Source: Octopus sinensis (lineage: Eukaryota). Taken from it: a DNA stretch of 64,000 nt. The stretch lies in the NCBI RefSeq assembly GCF_006345805.1, contig NC_042997.1:193192001-193256000 (forward strand), in the 5' to 3' direction. The notes under the pieces were generated by a model. That model was not told the origin of the DNA. It was given only the letters and a program-made list of their open reading frames with translations, and made no database searches. The position numbers and the translations under genes were made by a program. This document shows, in pieces, positions 12,500-24,612 of this stretch (position 1 is its first letter; each line of letters begins with the position of its first letter).

Positions 12500-12966
12500 G
12501 TATTTTTCAGAATAGAGGAGCTGGGCCGGTAACGGCAAAGTTCTTGTTATCGTTGGCAGCTCGCCTTACCAAGGTGTCAGGTGATGCCCATGAGCAGTAG
12601 TTCCCAAAGTGGGCGGTATTGCCCCTCTGAGGGCGGTGAAAAGTTCCAAGGGAGCGATTGATGTAAAAAGTGGGGCGATAATCGGGTAGCAATTCATGTA
12701 AAAATAACAAAATAATGGATTCATTAGGTTGAGTTTATTTGTGAAATACAGTTGTTTTGAATTTACTTCAGAAAGAGGTCTATGTTTGTGATGGTTAGTT
12801 GGGGGTGGGGGCGGTATGAATGTTTGTCTGGGTGTCAAGGGGCAGCACCCCCAAAAAGTTTGGGAACCACTGCCCATGAGGGTGCTTGGCTGTTCCAACG
12901 CCTTAGCCTCGCCATTGCCCGTGGTAATGCCGCGAGCATGTTGGCTTGCTTCAGTAGGTTCTGTTG
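12500..12966 (+). mobile_element. 3' fragment of a CRE-like (restriction-like endonuclease) non-LTR retrotransposon, split by a hAT MITE
   Basis: Removing 12595-12880 restores ...GPVTAKFLLSLAARLTKVSGDAHEGAWLFQRLSLAIARGNAASMLAC, the FQRxSxAxxRGNAAS terminal motif of RLE elements. Confidence 0.7.
12595..12872. mobile_element. hAT-type MITE (278 bp) with perfect 8-bp TSD
   Basis: TIRs CAGTAGTTCCCAAA / TTTGGGAACCACTG. TSD CCCATGAG at 12587-12594 and 12873-12880. Confidence 0.92.
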
Positions 12967-13189
12967 AACCCTAAGTCGGTTCTATTAAACCAATCGAGGC
13001 ACTTGGAGTTGCATTGGTGTTTTATTTTACCCTTTTCCTTTCTTTTTTTCTCTTTCATTTTCTTGTCCCTCTTTTTCCATTTTCATTTTTGGATATTGGT
13101 TAATCGGATATGTATACACCAACACTATATATACGTTACACATGATTGATTCTAATGATATTATAAAGTTGTTTCTGACTTTAATAATA

Positions 13190-13590
13190 ATGAAATTATT
13201 GTATACAGTGCTCAGGTGCCCCACAACTTGTCAAAAGTGCGTATAAAGCATATGCAGTAATGTACAAATGTGTGGAAAGTGAACAGTGTATGAGTCAGAT
13301 ACATACTTGCGTGTGTATGGAGGGGGGGAAATCAGGTGTAGTGTTGGCGAATCTCAGGAAGCATGGAAGTTTTGAAGGATGCAGTGCTCCGACAACTAAC
13401 AACTGATGCCAGGAGTCTGTTCCATACTTCAGCAACTCTTAGCGTGAAAAAATGTTTCCGAAAGTCATGAGAGCTGTGCTGTTTTCTGACTTTGTAAATA
13501 TGTCCACGGGTGTTAGACAGGTGGAGTTTGAAAAGGTGCTCAGAGTTTATTGTTTGTAAGATGGTTAGTAATTTTATGGGCGTCTGCCAA
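13190..13590 (-). mobile_element. CR1-type LINE 3' end (related copies at 16905-17160, 3400-3590, 4810-4860)
   Basis: Shared TACAGTGCTCAGGTGC...ACAACTTGTCAAAAG tail. The 16958-17146 ORF reads TRGHAYKVRKQ...FRKHFFTLRVAEAWNKLP. Confidence 0.8.
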
Positions 13591-13620
13591 TAATAATAAA
13601 ATAATAATTAAATAATATTA

Positions 13621-13862
13621 CGGAGATGTACTTGCATAGCAAGTGATTTGATCTGAGATCGTGTGCTCGAACGAAAACAATTACAGCGTGGAAGGTGTTT
13701 GTAAGCCATTTAAGAAACACACAAAAGCCGTTCGATTCACTTCAACATTTAAGTTTAATTTGTCTTATAGCGACGAAAATATTTTGACAAATTAAACTTA
13801 AATGTTGAAGTGAATCGAACGGCTTTTGTGTGTTTCTTAAATGGCTTACAAACACCTTCCAC
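13621..13862. mobile_element. Palindromic TA-flanked MITE (left TIR intact, right end truncated)
   Basis: Left end CGGAGATGTACTTGCATAGCAAGTG is the reverse complement of the right end of the 59795-60092 copy. Internal 77-bp perfect inverted repeat. Confidence 0.8.
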
Positions 13863-14245
13863 AATTAAATAATAATAATAATAATAAAATAAATAAATTA
13901 GTAATTTTAAACAATTTTAGTCTAAGTAGTTGCAGTTTAACGTAGCTTTTAGATGAGGTGCGAAAATATGACATTAAAAATGTTTTGAATACAACTATTT
14001 TATCTTGACTGCAAAACGAAAGTAACCGGTATAAAATACAAAGGTCATCTATTGCTAGTGTTAACCGTTTGACGTAAACAAAATGTAGCATTAAGGTTGC
14101 TCCGTAAATATTACATAACAAAAGTTTTTATTTATTTCAAATAAGTGAATACATTGACTGATAGTTTGCTTTACGACACTTTATGAGTAAATAAGTAATA
14201 CATTTTCTGCCCTTAAACTTAATTATAGCATCTATCGTTTTGACG

Positions 14246-14493
14246 ATGTTGACAAATCGGGTTTTATCGAAAGTATATAACCGCCTAACCATGTCACTCA
14301 ATAATAGCATTAATTACACGCCGTCAGGTTCTTTACAATTTGATAATTTAGTAAATTCACGTAAATACACTTCATCTGAGACAGAAGTAGACTATTCTTC
14401 TCCCCAGAAATTCATGGAATCTCTTGGAGTTAAACCTGGGAAATATATTGAATACGCGCTTGGAGTGACGAATGTGGAACCTGGTGTGTTTAG
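14246..14493 (+). CDS. ACOT8: Acyl-CoA thioesterase 8 (TesB family) exon 1 with N-terminal extension
   Basis: ATG at 14246. Ends ...YALGVTNVEPGVFR, comparable to the ACOT8 VLNLEPLDEDLFR segment. GTAAGT donor at 14494, phase 2. Confidence 0.82.
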
Positions 14494-17400
14494 GTAAGTT
14501 TAATGTTTTTAGGTACATCGGTATTAATAAGATTTTTGTAACAGGTTGTTGTTTTCGATTTTTTTCCCCTTCTTCTTTTGATTTCGTCGTTTTCGATAAT
14601 TGAGATTCAGATTTTGCCATAAAAAAGACTCATTTAAAAATTTCTATCTCCATATTTCCTTTGGATTTACGCTGTGGGTTCAAATTCTGTCAAGGTCGCC
14701 TTTGCCTTTCACCAGTCAAAATAAAAATCCTTATATTGACCATGAAAGTTTATAGAAATACCTTTCAAACGGTGTAAATTACGATTACAAACAAATTTGT
14801 TGGCAACATTTTTTGGAAGGGGGCGGAGCATGGAGAGGAGTTTCAGATTTGGACGGTCCACATATAAGTTGGATTTTCTCTGTTTTGACGGGGATTTTTC
14901 CATTTTTTTTTTCAGCACAGTCTTCGGAATGATGGGAGGCATCTTTTCGCGAGAGAAAAAAGTTGAAAATTTATCATTTTTTCCACTTTTGCCGCACCCT
15001 CATCACCCTAGTCCTGGCCGATTTGACCCAATTTTTTTTCCCCTTCGCACTTAAAACCCGTGAGGGAAACATTTTCTGTTTAAAATGTTTTGCCGAAAAA
15101 TTGAATACAAGGATAAAAGAGGAAAGAAAAAGTAGCAAGGAAACCAAGAGTGTTGCATATTTTATGGGATGAAACATAAAAGAAAAAAAAGTGAACAGTA
15201 AAAGACCCATTAAGTGGAAAGAGTGCAATGGGTCCCCAGGAGTAATGTTTCGCGAATTTCGGGAAGCATGGGATATTTCAAGGACACGATGTTCCATCAG
15301 CTGACAATCGATGCTGGTAGTTTATTTTATGCTTGGAGAATTTGAGCGTGAAAATTATTTAATTAACTCTTTGGACATGGAATGCGGATATAAACGCCCT
15401 TTACAAAAGACGATTTTTCTGATTCTGTTTTTTTTTCCCCACATATTTTGTCATATATTTCTTTATAGGGGGCTAATGCAGTTTCGCACCTCTCCTTGAA
15501 AAATGCAAGTTTTTGAGCAATGTTTTTTTGGATTCCTACATTTTAGATGTCGGAGATTACGAAGATGCGTGCGCGAATTTTTTTTTTCATATTCGTTCAT
15601 AGGAAGTTGTTTTACACCTATTACACACATTTTTTTTTTTGATTTTCTGATAATCGTAACGCCCTATATTAACCACTTTTTTGTTATTTCACCCCACCCT
15701 ACCGCCCAATTAAAAGAAAAATTCATTTTGTTTGCTTTAAACAGATCGCAGCGAATTTACGAACATGTGCAAATCGAAATTAAATATAGACAAAAATATT
15801 AAAGTGAAAAGAATTTGCGTTTTACTTGTGTTTGCCTTAAGTAATCGTAAATAATAATTCAATGTTAATTAAATATACATAATTTTATGAGAAACAATGT
15901 TTAATAGTTGTTATAAAGTTTAATAAGGGGCTCAAATTTCACCCCCAATTTTAAATTTGAACTTTTTCATTTATTTGTCTATCTATTTATTTATCCCTGT
16001 CCGTTTATTCATAAAATATATTTGTCAACTAAATGTGGTAGTCCTATAGAAGACGGTGTTACTGTTGTTTTTAGCCCCGGGAAGACGTATCTATCTATCT
16101 GTCTATCTCTTTATACACATATCTATTTGCTTATTGAATTTAAAATTTTGAAAACGTGGTTTCTTGCATATTCGGAATCTCCGACATCTAAAACGTAGGG
16201 ATCCGAAAAATTCGTTTTCCGCTTGTCGGGTGTGAAAGGAAGGGCAGAGACCCTGTCCTTCGCAGACCTTCCTAAACCATCAACGTGTGTCTCCAACCTT
16301 AAGTCAACACCTGCAGGAAAGACCTTAACAAGTAGGAAGTTCGGGAGGGCCTGCGTTCTGAGAACGAAGGACTGGGTTTAGTGCTAAGAGTGGGGGGAGA
16401 ATGTAAGAACGTGGTCAGAGAGCCCAGCTATCTCCAAGGAGCAGAGACCATTATAGTAGCAATAGAAAAGGTAGAGAGAGAGAGAGAGAACACGGTAGTG
16501 GGTATTTATTTTATTGTTGTGAAAGGCAAAGAACACACCAGTGGAAGTTGAACTTCGAACCTAAAATACCTATGGTAAATTCCCTAAAGCATTTTGTCTG
16601 GCGTTAACTGGCAGAAACTTTAGCACGCCAGGCGAAATGCTTAGCAGTATTTCGTCTGCCGCCACGTTCTGAGTTCAAATTCCGCCGAGGTCGACTTTGC
16701 CTTTCATCCTTTCGGGGTCGATTAAATAAGTACCAGTTACGCACTGGGGTCGATGTAATCGACTTAATACCTATGTCTGTCCTTGTTTGTCCTCTCTGTG
16801 TTTAGCCCCTTGTGGGTAGTAAAGAAATATATTTATTCCATTACCAACCATCAAAACTTCAGAAGTTACAGTAATTTATGATGAAAAAAACTGTCATATA
16901 ATAATAATTGTGTACAGTGCTCAGGTGCACTACAACTCATCTAAAGTGTATATATAATCAGGTGTAGTTTCGGCGGATTTCGGAAAGCATGAGGGCCTCA
17001 AAGGATGCAGTGTCATGGCAGTCAACAACTGACGCAGGCAGTTTATTCCATGCTTCAGCAACTCTGAGCGTGAAAAAATGTTTCCGAAAGTCATGGTAGC
17101 TGTGCTGTTTTCTGACTTTGTAGGCATGTCCACGTGTGTTAGACACATGGAGATCAAAAAGGTGTTCAGTGTCAATATTTTAACATATAAGTTAAAATAT
17201 TACAATAGAAACGTTATCAAGATAACAGTTTATTTGTCAGGACACCTTATGTACGCAGTAACATCTTTATATAACGTGCTGTTGTTTGGCCCTATTTTTG
17301 TATATCTACAGCTATATTTTCATTGTACCCTTTTACCCTTTCGTTACTGCATTTATTTTGAGATGCTCTGTGTTTCTTTCAATTATTTTAAATATATATT

Positions 17401-18142
17401 TCTTTACTACCCACAAGGGGCTAAACGTAGAGGGGACAAACAAGGACAGGCAAACGGATTAAGTCGATTATATCGACCCCAGTGCGAAACTGGTACTTAA
17501 TTTATCGACCCCGAAAGGATGAAATGCAAAGTCGACCTCGGCGGAATTTGAACTCAGAACGTAAGTTATCATTAAGCTAGTGTTAGGAACATTAATTGTG
17601 ACTAAGGTTTGGTGGAAGATTTTAATTCAGAACTTATGAAAACAAGACATTTGTACTACAGATCCAGAACTGGTTTCAGCCAGGTTGGTAACAAATGAGT
17701 ATTTGACTGAAGGAAGATTTGGTTGCTTTTCACTGTAGCATAGTTGACTGCATAAAGGTGCCCACATTCAGTTTGTGTGTGAAGTGTAAAAACCAGACTC
17801 TGTTTATACAATATTATATCATTACTACTTGTAGTTAATAGCTGATAGACACACTAGGATGTAAATAATAGGTATTTTTTGTCCTGTAGTGTTACCTAAT
17901 ATGCTCCAACAGGTTGCTTAAATGTAGAGCACAAGCTTAAGAAATTTGTCTCACAACCACTTGGCTCCATGTTTGATCACACTGCTAGATATTTGAGTGG
18001 TAAGAAGTTTGCTTCACAATCACATGGTTCTGGGTTCAGTCCCACTGCATGGAACCTTGGGCAAGCGTCTTCTACTATAGCCTTTGGCCAACCAAAGGTT
18101 TGTGAGTGGATGTGGTTGATGAAAACTGAAAGAAGCCCATTG

Positions 18143-18195
<53 letters not shown>

Positions 18196-19152
18196 TTGTC
18201 CCCCTTTACTGCTTGACAACTTAGCAGTTCAGCAAAAGAGACCGATGGAATAAGTACCAGGTTTTAAAACCAGTTGGGGTTGATTTGTTCAATTAACATT
18301 CTTCAAGGTGGTGCTCCAGCATGGCCACAATCAAATGACTGAAACAAATAAAAGATAAAAATGTATACACACACAGATACGGAAGCAGGGTGCACATATG
18401 TATGTATGTATGTACGTTTGGTGCAAACATGGCTAATGTATGTAGATGTGTATGTCCCACCAAGAGAAACTTCTAGGTTGCAAAATGACATACTAGAAAT
18501 AGCAACCAACTCATCCCTAAATTTAGCTATATCTGATGATGATAGGAAAAAGCAAGCAAATCTCCCTAAACTTTTCCTTATTCTGCAAGTATCAAGAGCA
18601 AAAATAGAGATTCTCTCTTTTCATGTGAAGGTAGGATCCATGTACGTTTATCTAAAGTGCAGGCCCTGAATGAAATCTTTGCCTACTAAGAGACATGGAT
18701 AAGCTTCTCCTCAGTGAATCACTGTTCATTTTCTAAATTGGCTTTAGAAATATCATCACTTGGATTTAGCTGTTACCTTTTCAATTATCATCATCCTGTC
18801 ATTGAACTGTGGCCATGCTGGGGCACTGCTTTTAAGGATTTCGTCAAACAAATCAACTCCATCATCATTGTCATTTAACGTCCGCTTTATATGCTAGCAT
18901 GGGTTGGCGAACCAGATGGCTTCACCAGGCTCCAATCTGATCTGGCAGAGTTTCTACAGCTGGATGCCCTTCCTAACGCCAACCACTCCGAGAGTGTAGT
19001 GGGTGCTTTTATGTGCCACCGGCACAAGGGCCAGTCAGGCGGTACTGGCAACAGCCACACTTTATATTTTAAGCCTGATATTTATTGTATCAGGGTTGTA
19101 AACAAGCTAAACAGCAATTGTCAAGCTGAAGTGAAAGGCAAAACACCCCCCC

Positions 19153-19195
<43 letters not shown>

Positions 19196-19717
19196 ACACA
19201 CACACAAACACACGATAGGCCTCTTTCAATGTCCATCTGCCAAATTCACTTGCAAGACTGGACGAACTGGGGCTATAGTAGAAGACACTTGCCCAGGGTA
19301 TCATGCAGTAGAATTGAACCCAAGCTCACATGCTTTGGAAGCAAGCTCCTTGACCACACAGCCACACCTGTGCCTATAGTGAATAAAAGTTCATCATTGT
19401 AGATCATACTGTTTATTTTCCTTCTGTTTCTATGTATTATATAAGCAGTTCTTTATCTATGTTTGTCTTTTTCGATAATAGATAAGTTTGCTTTTTGTAC
19501 AAATAAAACTATAGCATAAGCCCTCATGAACAAGCAGTTTCCTTTCAGCTATAGTCTTTTACTTTTTTTCTTATTTTTCCTTTGCATATATTTTACTTCA
19601 CTCCTTAGCATTCAGATTATTCTGTGGAATGTAATGCTTATTTATTCAAATTGGTTTGAATAAATTGTGCATTATCTCATCACTTCAAAATTTCTATGAT
19701 GTGATGGTATATTTTTA

Positions 19718-20507
19718 TTGGGTTGTCCGGGATGTTTGTGCCGATTTTTAAAGGAAAGAAAAAGATCAATAAATACTTATTTCTTTACTACCCACAAGGG
19801 GCTAAACACAGAGAGGACAAACAAGGACAGACAAACGGATTAAGTCGATTATATCGTCCCCAGTGCGTAACTGGTACTTATTTAATCGACCCCAAAAAGG
19901 ATGAAAGGCAAAGTCGACCTTGGCGGAATTTGAACTCAGAACATAGCGGCAGACGAAATACCAGACATACTAACGTTTCTGCCAGCTCACCGCCTTTAAA
20001 TACTTGCCATTACATTTTTAATCAACCAAATATGAACCATTTTGTTGCACAATGTGTCTCCATCTTTCCTTTAACTTGAAAATACCCTCTTCCCAGAATT
20101 ATGATGGTTTCATGGCAAAGTATTCATCAAGGTATCTTTTTACGTCATCCAAGGAATTGAAACTTTTACCATTAAGACTATTCTGCAGAGACCTGAATAA
20201 GTGGAAATCTGAAGGAGCAATATCTGGTGAATATGGAGGGTGGGGTAACACATCCCAGCCAAGGTGCAACAATTTCTGTCTGGTTCCCAAAGCATCAAGT
20301 GCTGGAAATGAACTTTATCTTCCATTTTAAAGGGTTACAGAATTAACCCAGGTTACAGGAACATAAACCTTCTTCCACGAAAAGGTAGCTTAAACTGTGC
20401 TCTAAATGGAGGTGTAGTCAAACCCTATTTTATGGACTCGACTATGTTCTAAAATAAGTCCAAAGGTAAGCTACTATAAATCAGCATGAACTTTCTGGAC
20501 AACACAA
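19718..20507 (-). mobile_element. Deleted mariner element (transposase C-terminal remnant) with SINE A insert
   Basis: TIR TTGGGTTGTCCGG.../...GGACAACACAA with TA. Reads LGWDVLPHPPYSPDIAPSDFHLFRSLQNSLNGKSF (YSPDLAPxD motif). Confidence 0.9.
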
Positions 20508-21560
20508 TAGAATGACATTGAAGGGTTCTTTTATTCTTTTATGAAAGAATAAAGGAATAAAAGAATATATTAGGTGTTAGAAAATCTTAGTAAGAGATAA
20601 AAGTAGTAACTATACAAAGAAATTATGCTTATCACCACATTAATATCGCTGTTTGACGTTAATAGTTTTAACCTCTGCCAGCTGGTTACTGGTGCAAGGG
20701 AAAGACATAAAATATACAGGGTGCATGTTGTACCAGTAGCCAGGTGGCAGAGGATCTGCCTGGCATAAAAACGGTAGTAATGTCAAAAACTTTAGTTCGT
20801 GTATTCGGTGTGGTGTAAGAAATCTAACTTTATGAAAAATAAAAAAACAATATTGACACAGGCATAGCTGTGTGGTTGTGAAGCTTCTTTTCCATTCGTG
20901 TGGCTTCAGGTTCAGTCTCACTGTGCAGCACCTTGAACAAGTGTCTTTTATACTATAGCCCCAGGCTGACCAAAGCGTTGTGAATGAAGTTAGTAAACAG
21001 AAACTGTGCGGAAGTCCACTATGTGTATGTGTGTGTTGTCATTCTTCAACCACCAGTAGACAACTGGTGTCGGTTTGTTTACATCCTTAGTGGTTTGGTA
21101 AAAGAAATAAATAGAATAGGTACAGATTTCTTTAAGGTGATGTCCAAGCATAGCTGCAGTCCAGAGACTGAAACAAAGTAAATAATAAAAAAGGTAATGC
21201 ATATAATTTTTTAAAAAATTAATGTCTTTAGTGTAACTGTAAGAGTTGAGCAAAATTAACACCTATCTCTTTAATTTGAAATTCCAGATACCTAAATTAT
21301 TCGATAAGATTACATAGCTAAATTATTAGATAAGATTACGTAGATAAGATACATATGTAACAGTAGTATAGACCACAAGTATTTCAACTTACAGTGACAG
21401 GTGTTGGAAATAACACCAAATCTTCCTCAAATCATGCTCCATTGTCTTGCAAAAGGGAAGGTCATAAAATGATCTAGTCTACTATAGGCACAAGGCCTGA
21501 AATTTGGTGGTGGAGGGCTGGTTGATTACATCAATCCCAGTACTCAACTGGTACTTATTT

Positions 21561-22255
21561 TAGCAATTCTGAAAGGGTTAACCTCAGCTCAATTCTAGCA
21601 ATTCTGGAAGGGTCAACCTCAGCTCAATTTTAGCAATTCTGAAAGGGTCAACTTCAGTTCAATTCTAGCAATTCTGAAAGGGTTAACCTCAGTTCAATTC
21701 TAGCAATTCTGAAAGGGTTAACCTCAGCTCAATTTAGCAGTTCTGAAAGGGTTAACCTCAGTTCAATTCTAGCAATTCTGAAAGGGTTAACCTCAGCTCA
21801 ATTCTAGCAATTCTGGAAGGCTTAACCTCAGCTCAATTCTAACAATTCTGAAAGGCTTAACCTCAGCTCAATTTAGCAGTTCTGAAAGGGTTAACCTCAG
21901 TTCAATTCTAGCAATTCTGAAAGGGTTACTCCTCAGCTCAATTCTAGCAATTCTGAAATGGTTTACCTCAGCTCAATTTAGCAGTTCTGAAAGGGTTAAC
22001 CTCAGTTCAATTCTAGCAGTTCTGAAAGGGTTAACCTCAGTTCAATTCTAGCAGTTCTGAAAGGGTTAACCTCAGTTCAATTCTAGCAATTCTGAAAGGG
22101 TCAACCTCAGCTCAATTCTAGTAATTCTGAAAGGGTTAACCCCAGTTCAGTTCTAGCAATTCTGAAAGGGTTAACCCCAGTTCAGTTCTAGCAATTCTGA
22201 AAGGGTTAACCTCAGCTCAATTCTAGCAATTCTGAAAGGGTTAACCTCAGCTCAA
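21561..22255. repeat. 35-bp minisatellite, about 20 units
   Basis: Consensus AACCTCAGCTCAATTCTAGCAATTCTGAAAGGGTT, some 34-bp units, no spacers. Embedded in a SINE A variant (about 21480-22330, - strand). Confidence 0.95.
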
Positions 22256-22687
22256 CTTCAACTCAGAATGTAAAGCTGAAAGGATTACTGTTAAGTATTT
22301 TATCTGGCATACTAATAATTCTGTCAGCTGTTCTAAGGTCATTAGATAATCTAGGTTTAGATACCCCCCCAAACACCCCCTACACAGAGAGAGGGGGTGG
22401 GAGAAACTGGTTACAGCTAGAATGTGGGTTGACTTGGTGCTAAACAATAACTTCAAAGAAGTTTCAGTGATGAAACAACACTTAACCCAATCGGTAAGAG
22501 GCTGTTTTCAAGATTACTATGAGGGAGGAACAGCAGTCAAAAAGTAGGACAGCAATGAATTTAGAGAATGGCTAACAGACGTTACCTAGCAAAAAGAACG
22601 CATAGTAAAATGTGTTTGTGTATGTTGAAGGATGTGTCTCACATAATGTAGTAAGTCATAAATTTTTAGTTCATTATAATTATACCT

Positions 22688-23095
22688 ATTTCTTTACTAC
22701 CCACAAGGGGCTAAACACAGAGAGGACAAACAAGGACAGACAAACGGATTAAGTCAATTATATCGACCCCCTGGTACTTATTTAATCGACCCCGAAAGGA
22801 TGAAAGGCAAAGTGGACCTCGGCGGAATTTGAACTAAGAACGTAGCGGCAGACGAAATACCTATTTCTTTACTACCCACAAGGGGCTAAACACAGAGAGG
22901 ACAAACAAGGACAGACAAACGGATTAAGTCAATTATATCGATCCCCAGTGCGTAACTGGTACTTAATTTATCGACCCCGAAAGGATGAAAGGCAAAGTCG
23001 ACCTTGACGGAATTTGAACTCAGAACGTAGCGGCAGACAAAATGCCGTTAAGCATTTTGCCCGGCATGCTAACGTTTCTGCCAGCTCGCCGCCTT
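22688..23095 (-). mobile_element. SINE A dimer inside one 19-bp TSD
   Basis: GTTCATTATAATTATACCT at 22669-22687 and 23096-23114. Confidence 0.88.
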
Positions 23096-23589
23096 GTTCA
23101 TTATAATTATACCTTTAAGTGAAGTGAAAAATCATAATTAATGATTAATTCTAATTGAGAAGGGCAGGGAAAATGTTTTTGAAATCTAAATTAAGATGTT
23201 TGCAGAGGGAAATTATTCTGGCTTTCAGCAAATACAATGACAACTCAGAACATTAGGTCTCCCTCCTACCTCCGTGAAGAAAAAGCTTAATATCTCTCAG
23301 GTACCTAGGTACTTATCTTTGTATATGCCATAGATCTAACTCAGCCCTCATTTAATTTTTATTTTAGATTTTAGAGTTACCTCCCCTATCTTTTGTAACC
23401 ATTCATCGCACTGGACAACAAAGCTTTTGCTACTGGGGTAAAAACATGGTGTTTTTAGACTAAATCGAGGATGCTGATTCGGAATCCGCACACGGAATTT
23501 TTCTAGCACGCCAGGATTTTGAGTTATGCGCATGCGCAAGATTATAACTATACTTTCAGCTAGATATAGGCTGTATAATAAAATTTGTT

Positions 23590-24050
23590 AACCCTTTCGT
23601 TACCAACACGGTTGAAACTGACTCTGGATCTGAGTACAAATGTCTTGTTTTCATAAGTTTTGAATTAAAATCTTCAACCAAGCCTTAGTCACAATTTATG
23701 TTTCTAACACTAGCTTCATGACAACAAAGTTATTTTACTAAATTCTTTGTTATATTTAAAATAATTGAAAGAAACACAGAGTATCTCAAAATGAATACAG
23801 TAACGAAAGGGTTAAGATATATAATAGAGAAACAATTCTTAACCCTTTTGATACCAACCCAGCTGAAACCGCCTCTGGCTCTGTAGTACAAATGTCTTGT
23901 TTTCATAAGCTTTGAATTAAAATCTTCCACCAAACCTTAGTCACAATTTATGTTTCTAACACTAGCTTCATGATAACAAAGTTATTTTACTAAATTCTTT
24001 GTTATATTTAAAGTAATTGAAACAAACACACAGCATCTCAAAATTAAATG
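23590..24050. mobile_element. Two adjacent piggyBac-like MITEs (TTAA-CCCTTTCG...CGAAAGGG-TTAA)
   Basis: TTAA-flanked CCC/GGG termini. Same family at 30305-30525, 30720-31553, 61590-61813. Confidence 0.75.
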
Positions 24051-24612
24051 AAAGCTGTTTTAATTAAAAATTAAAGAAATAACAGTAATAAAACAAATGA
24101 TGAGAAAGTTCATTATTTAGTTTAGCAATAGATGGTGCTGACATATTGTGTGCAAACGCCAAATACGTCAGTTTGTTCTTGGTGACTCTGTGTCGTTTGC
24201 ACTGCTGTCATGTGTGGTATATATATATATCTCATTCTGTGTGATTACTGTTTTAACTGTTCATTGTGTTAGATCATGAATAGGAGAGGCTGTGTGTGGA
24301 GCAACCAGACAATTTTTGTTATGTCTGTGGAAAATTTGCCGCCTGAGCAAGCACTCCAAAAATGGAGAGAAGTCTCGCCAGTGGCATGTAAAAAGCACCC
24401 ACTACACTCTCAGAGTGGTTGGCATTAGGAAGGGCATCGAGCTGTAGGAACCTTGCCAAAGCAGATTGGAACCTGGTGCAGCCTTCTGGCTTGCAAGTTG
24501 ACAGTCAAACCATCCAACCCATGCCAGCATGGAAAGCAGACGTTAAACAATGATGATGATGATATATGCTCATACATACGCATGCCTATTTATATACATC
24601 TATGCATGCGCA

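Noticed and set aside
18361-18669. 102-aa ORF in ACOT8 intron 1
   Set aside because: Begins in microsatellite-like sequence, with no recognisable motif or convincing splice sites.
21561-22255. 35-bp repeat array resembling CRISPR in unit length
   Set aside because: Units are contiguous with no unique spacers, there are no cas genes, and the context is a eukaryotic intron. It is a SINE-derived minisatellite.
24110-24350. MNRRGC..SNxDNFCYVCGKF-like fragment suggesting a Chapaev-type transposase start
   Set aside because: Too short and frameshifted to assign a family from memory.
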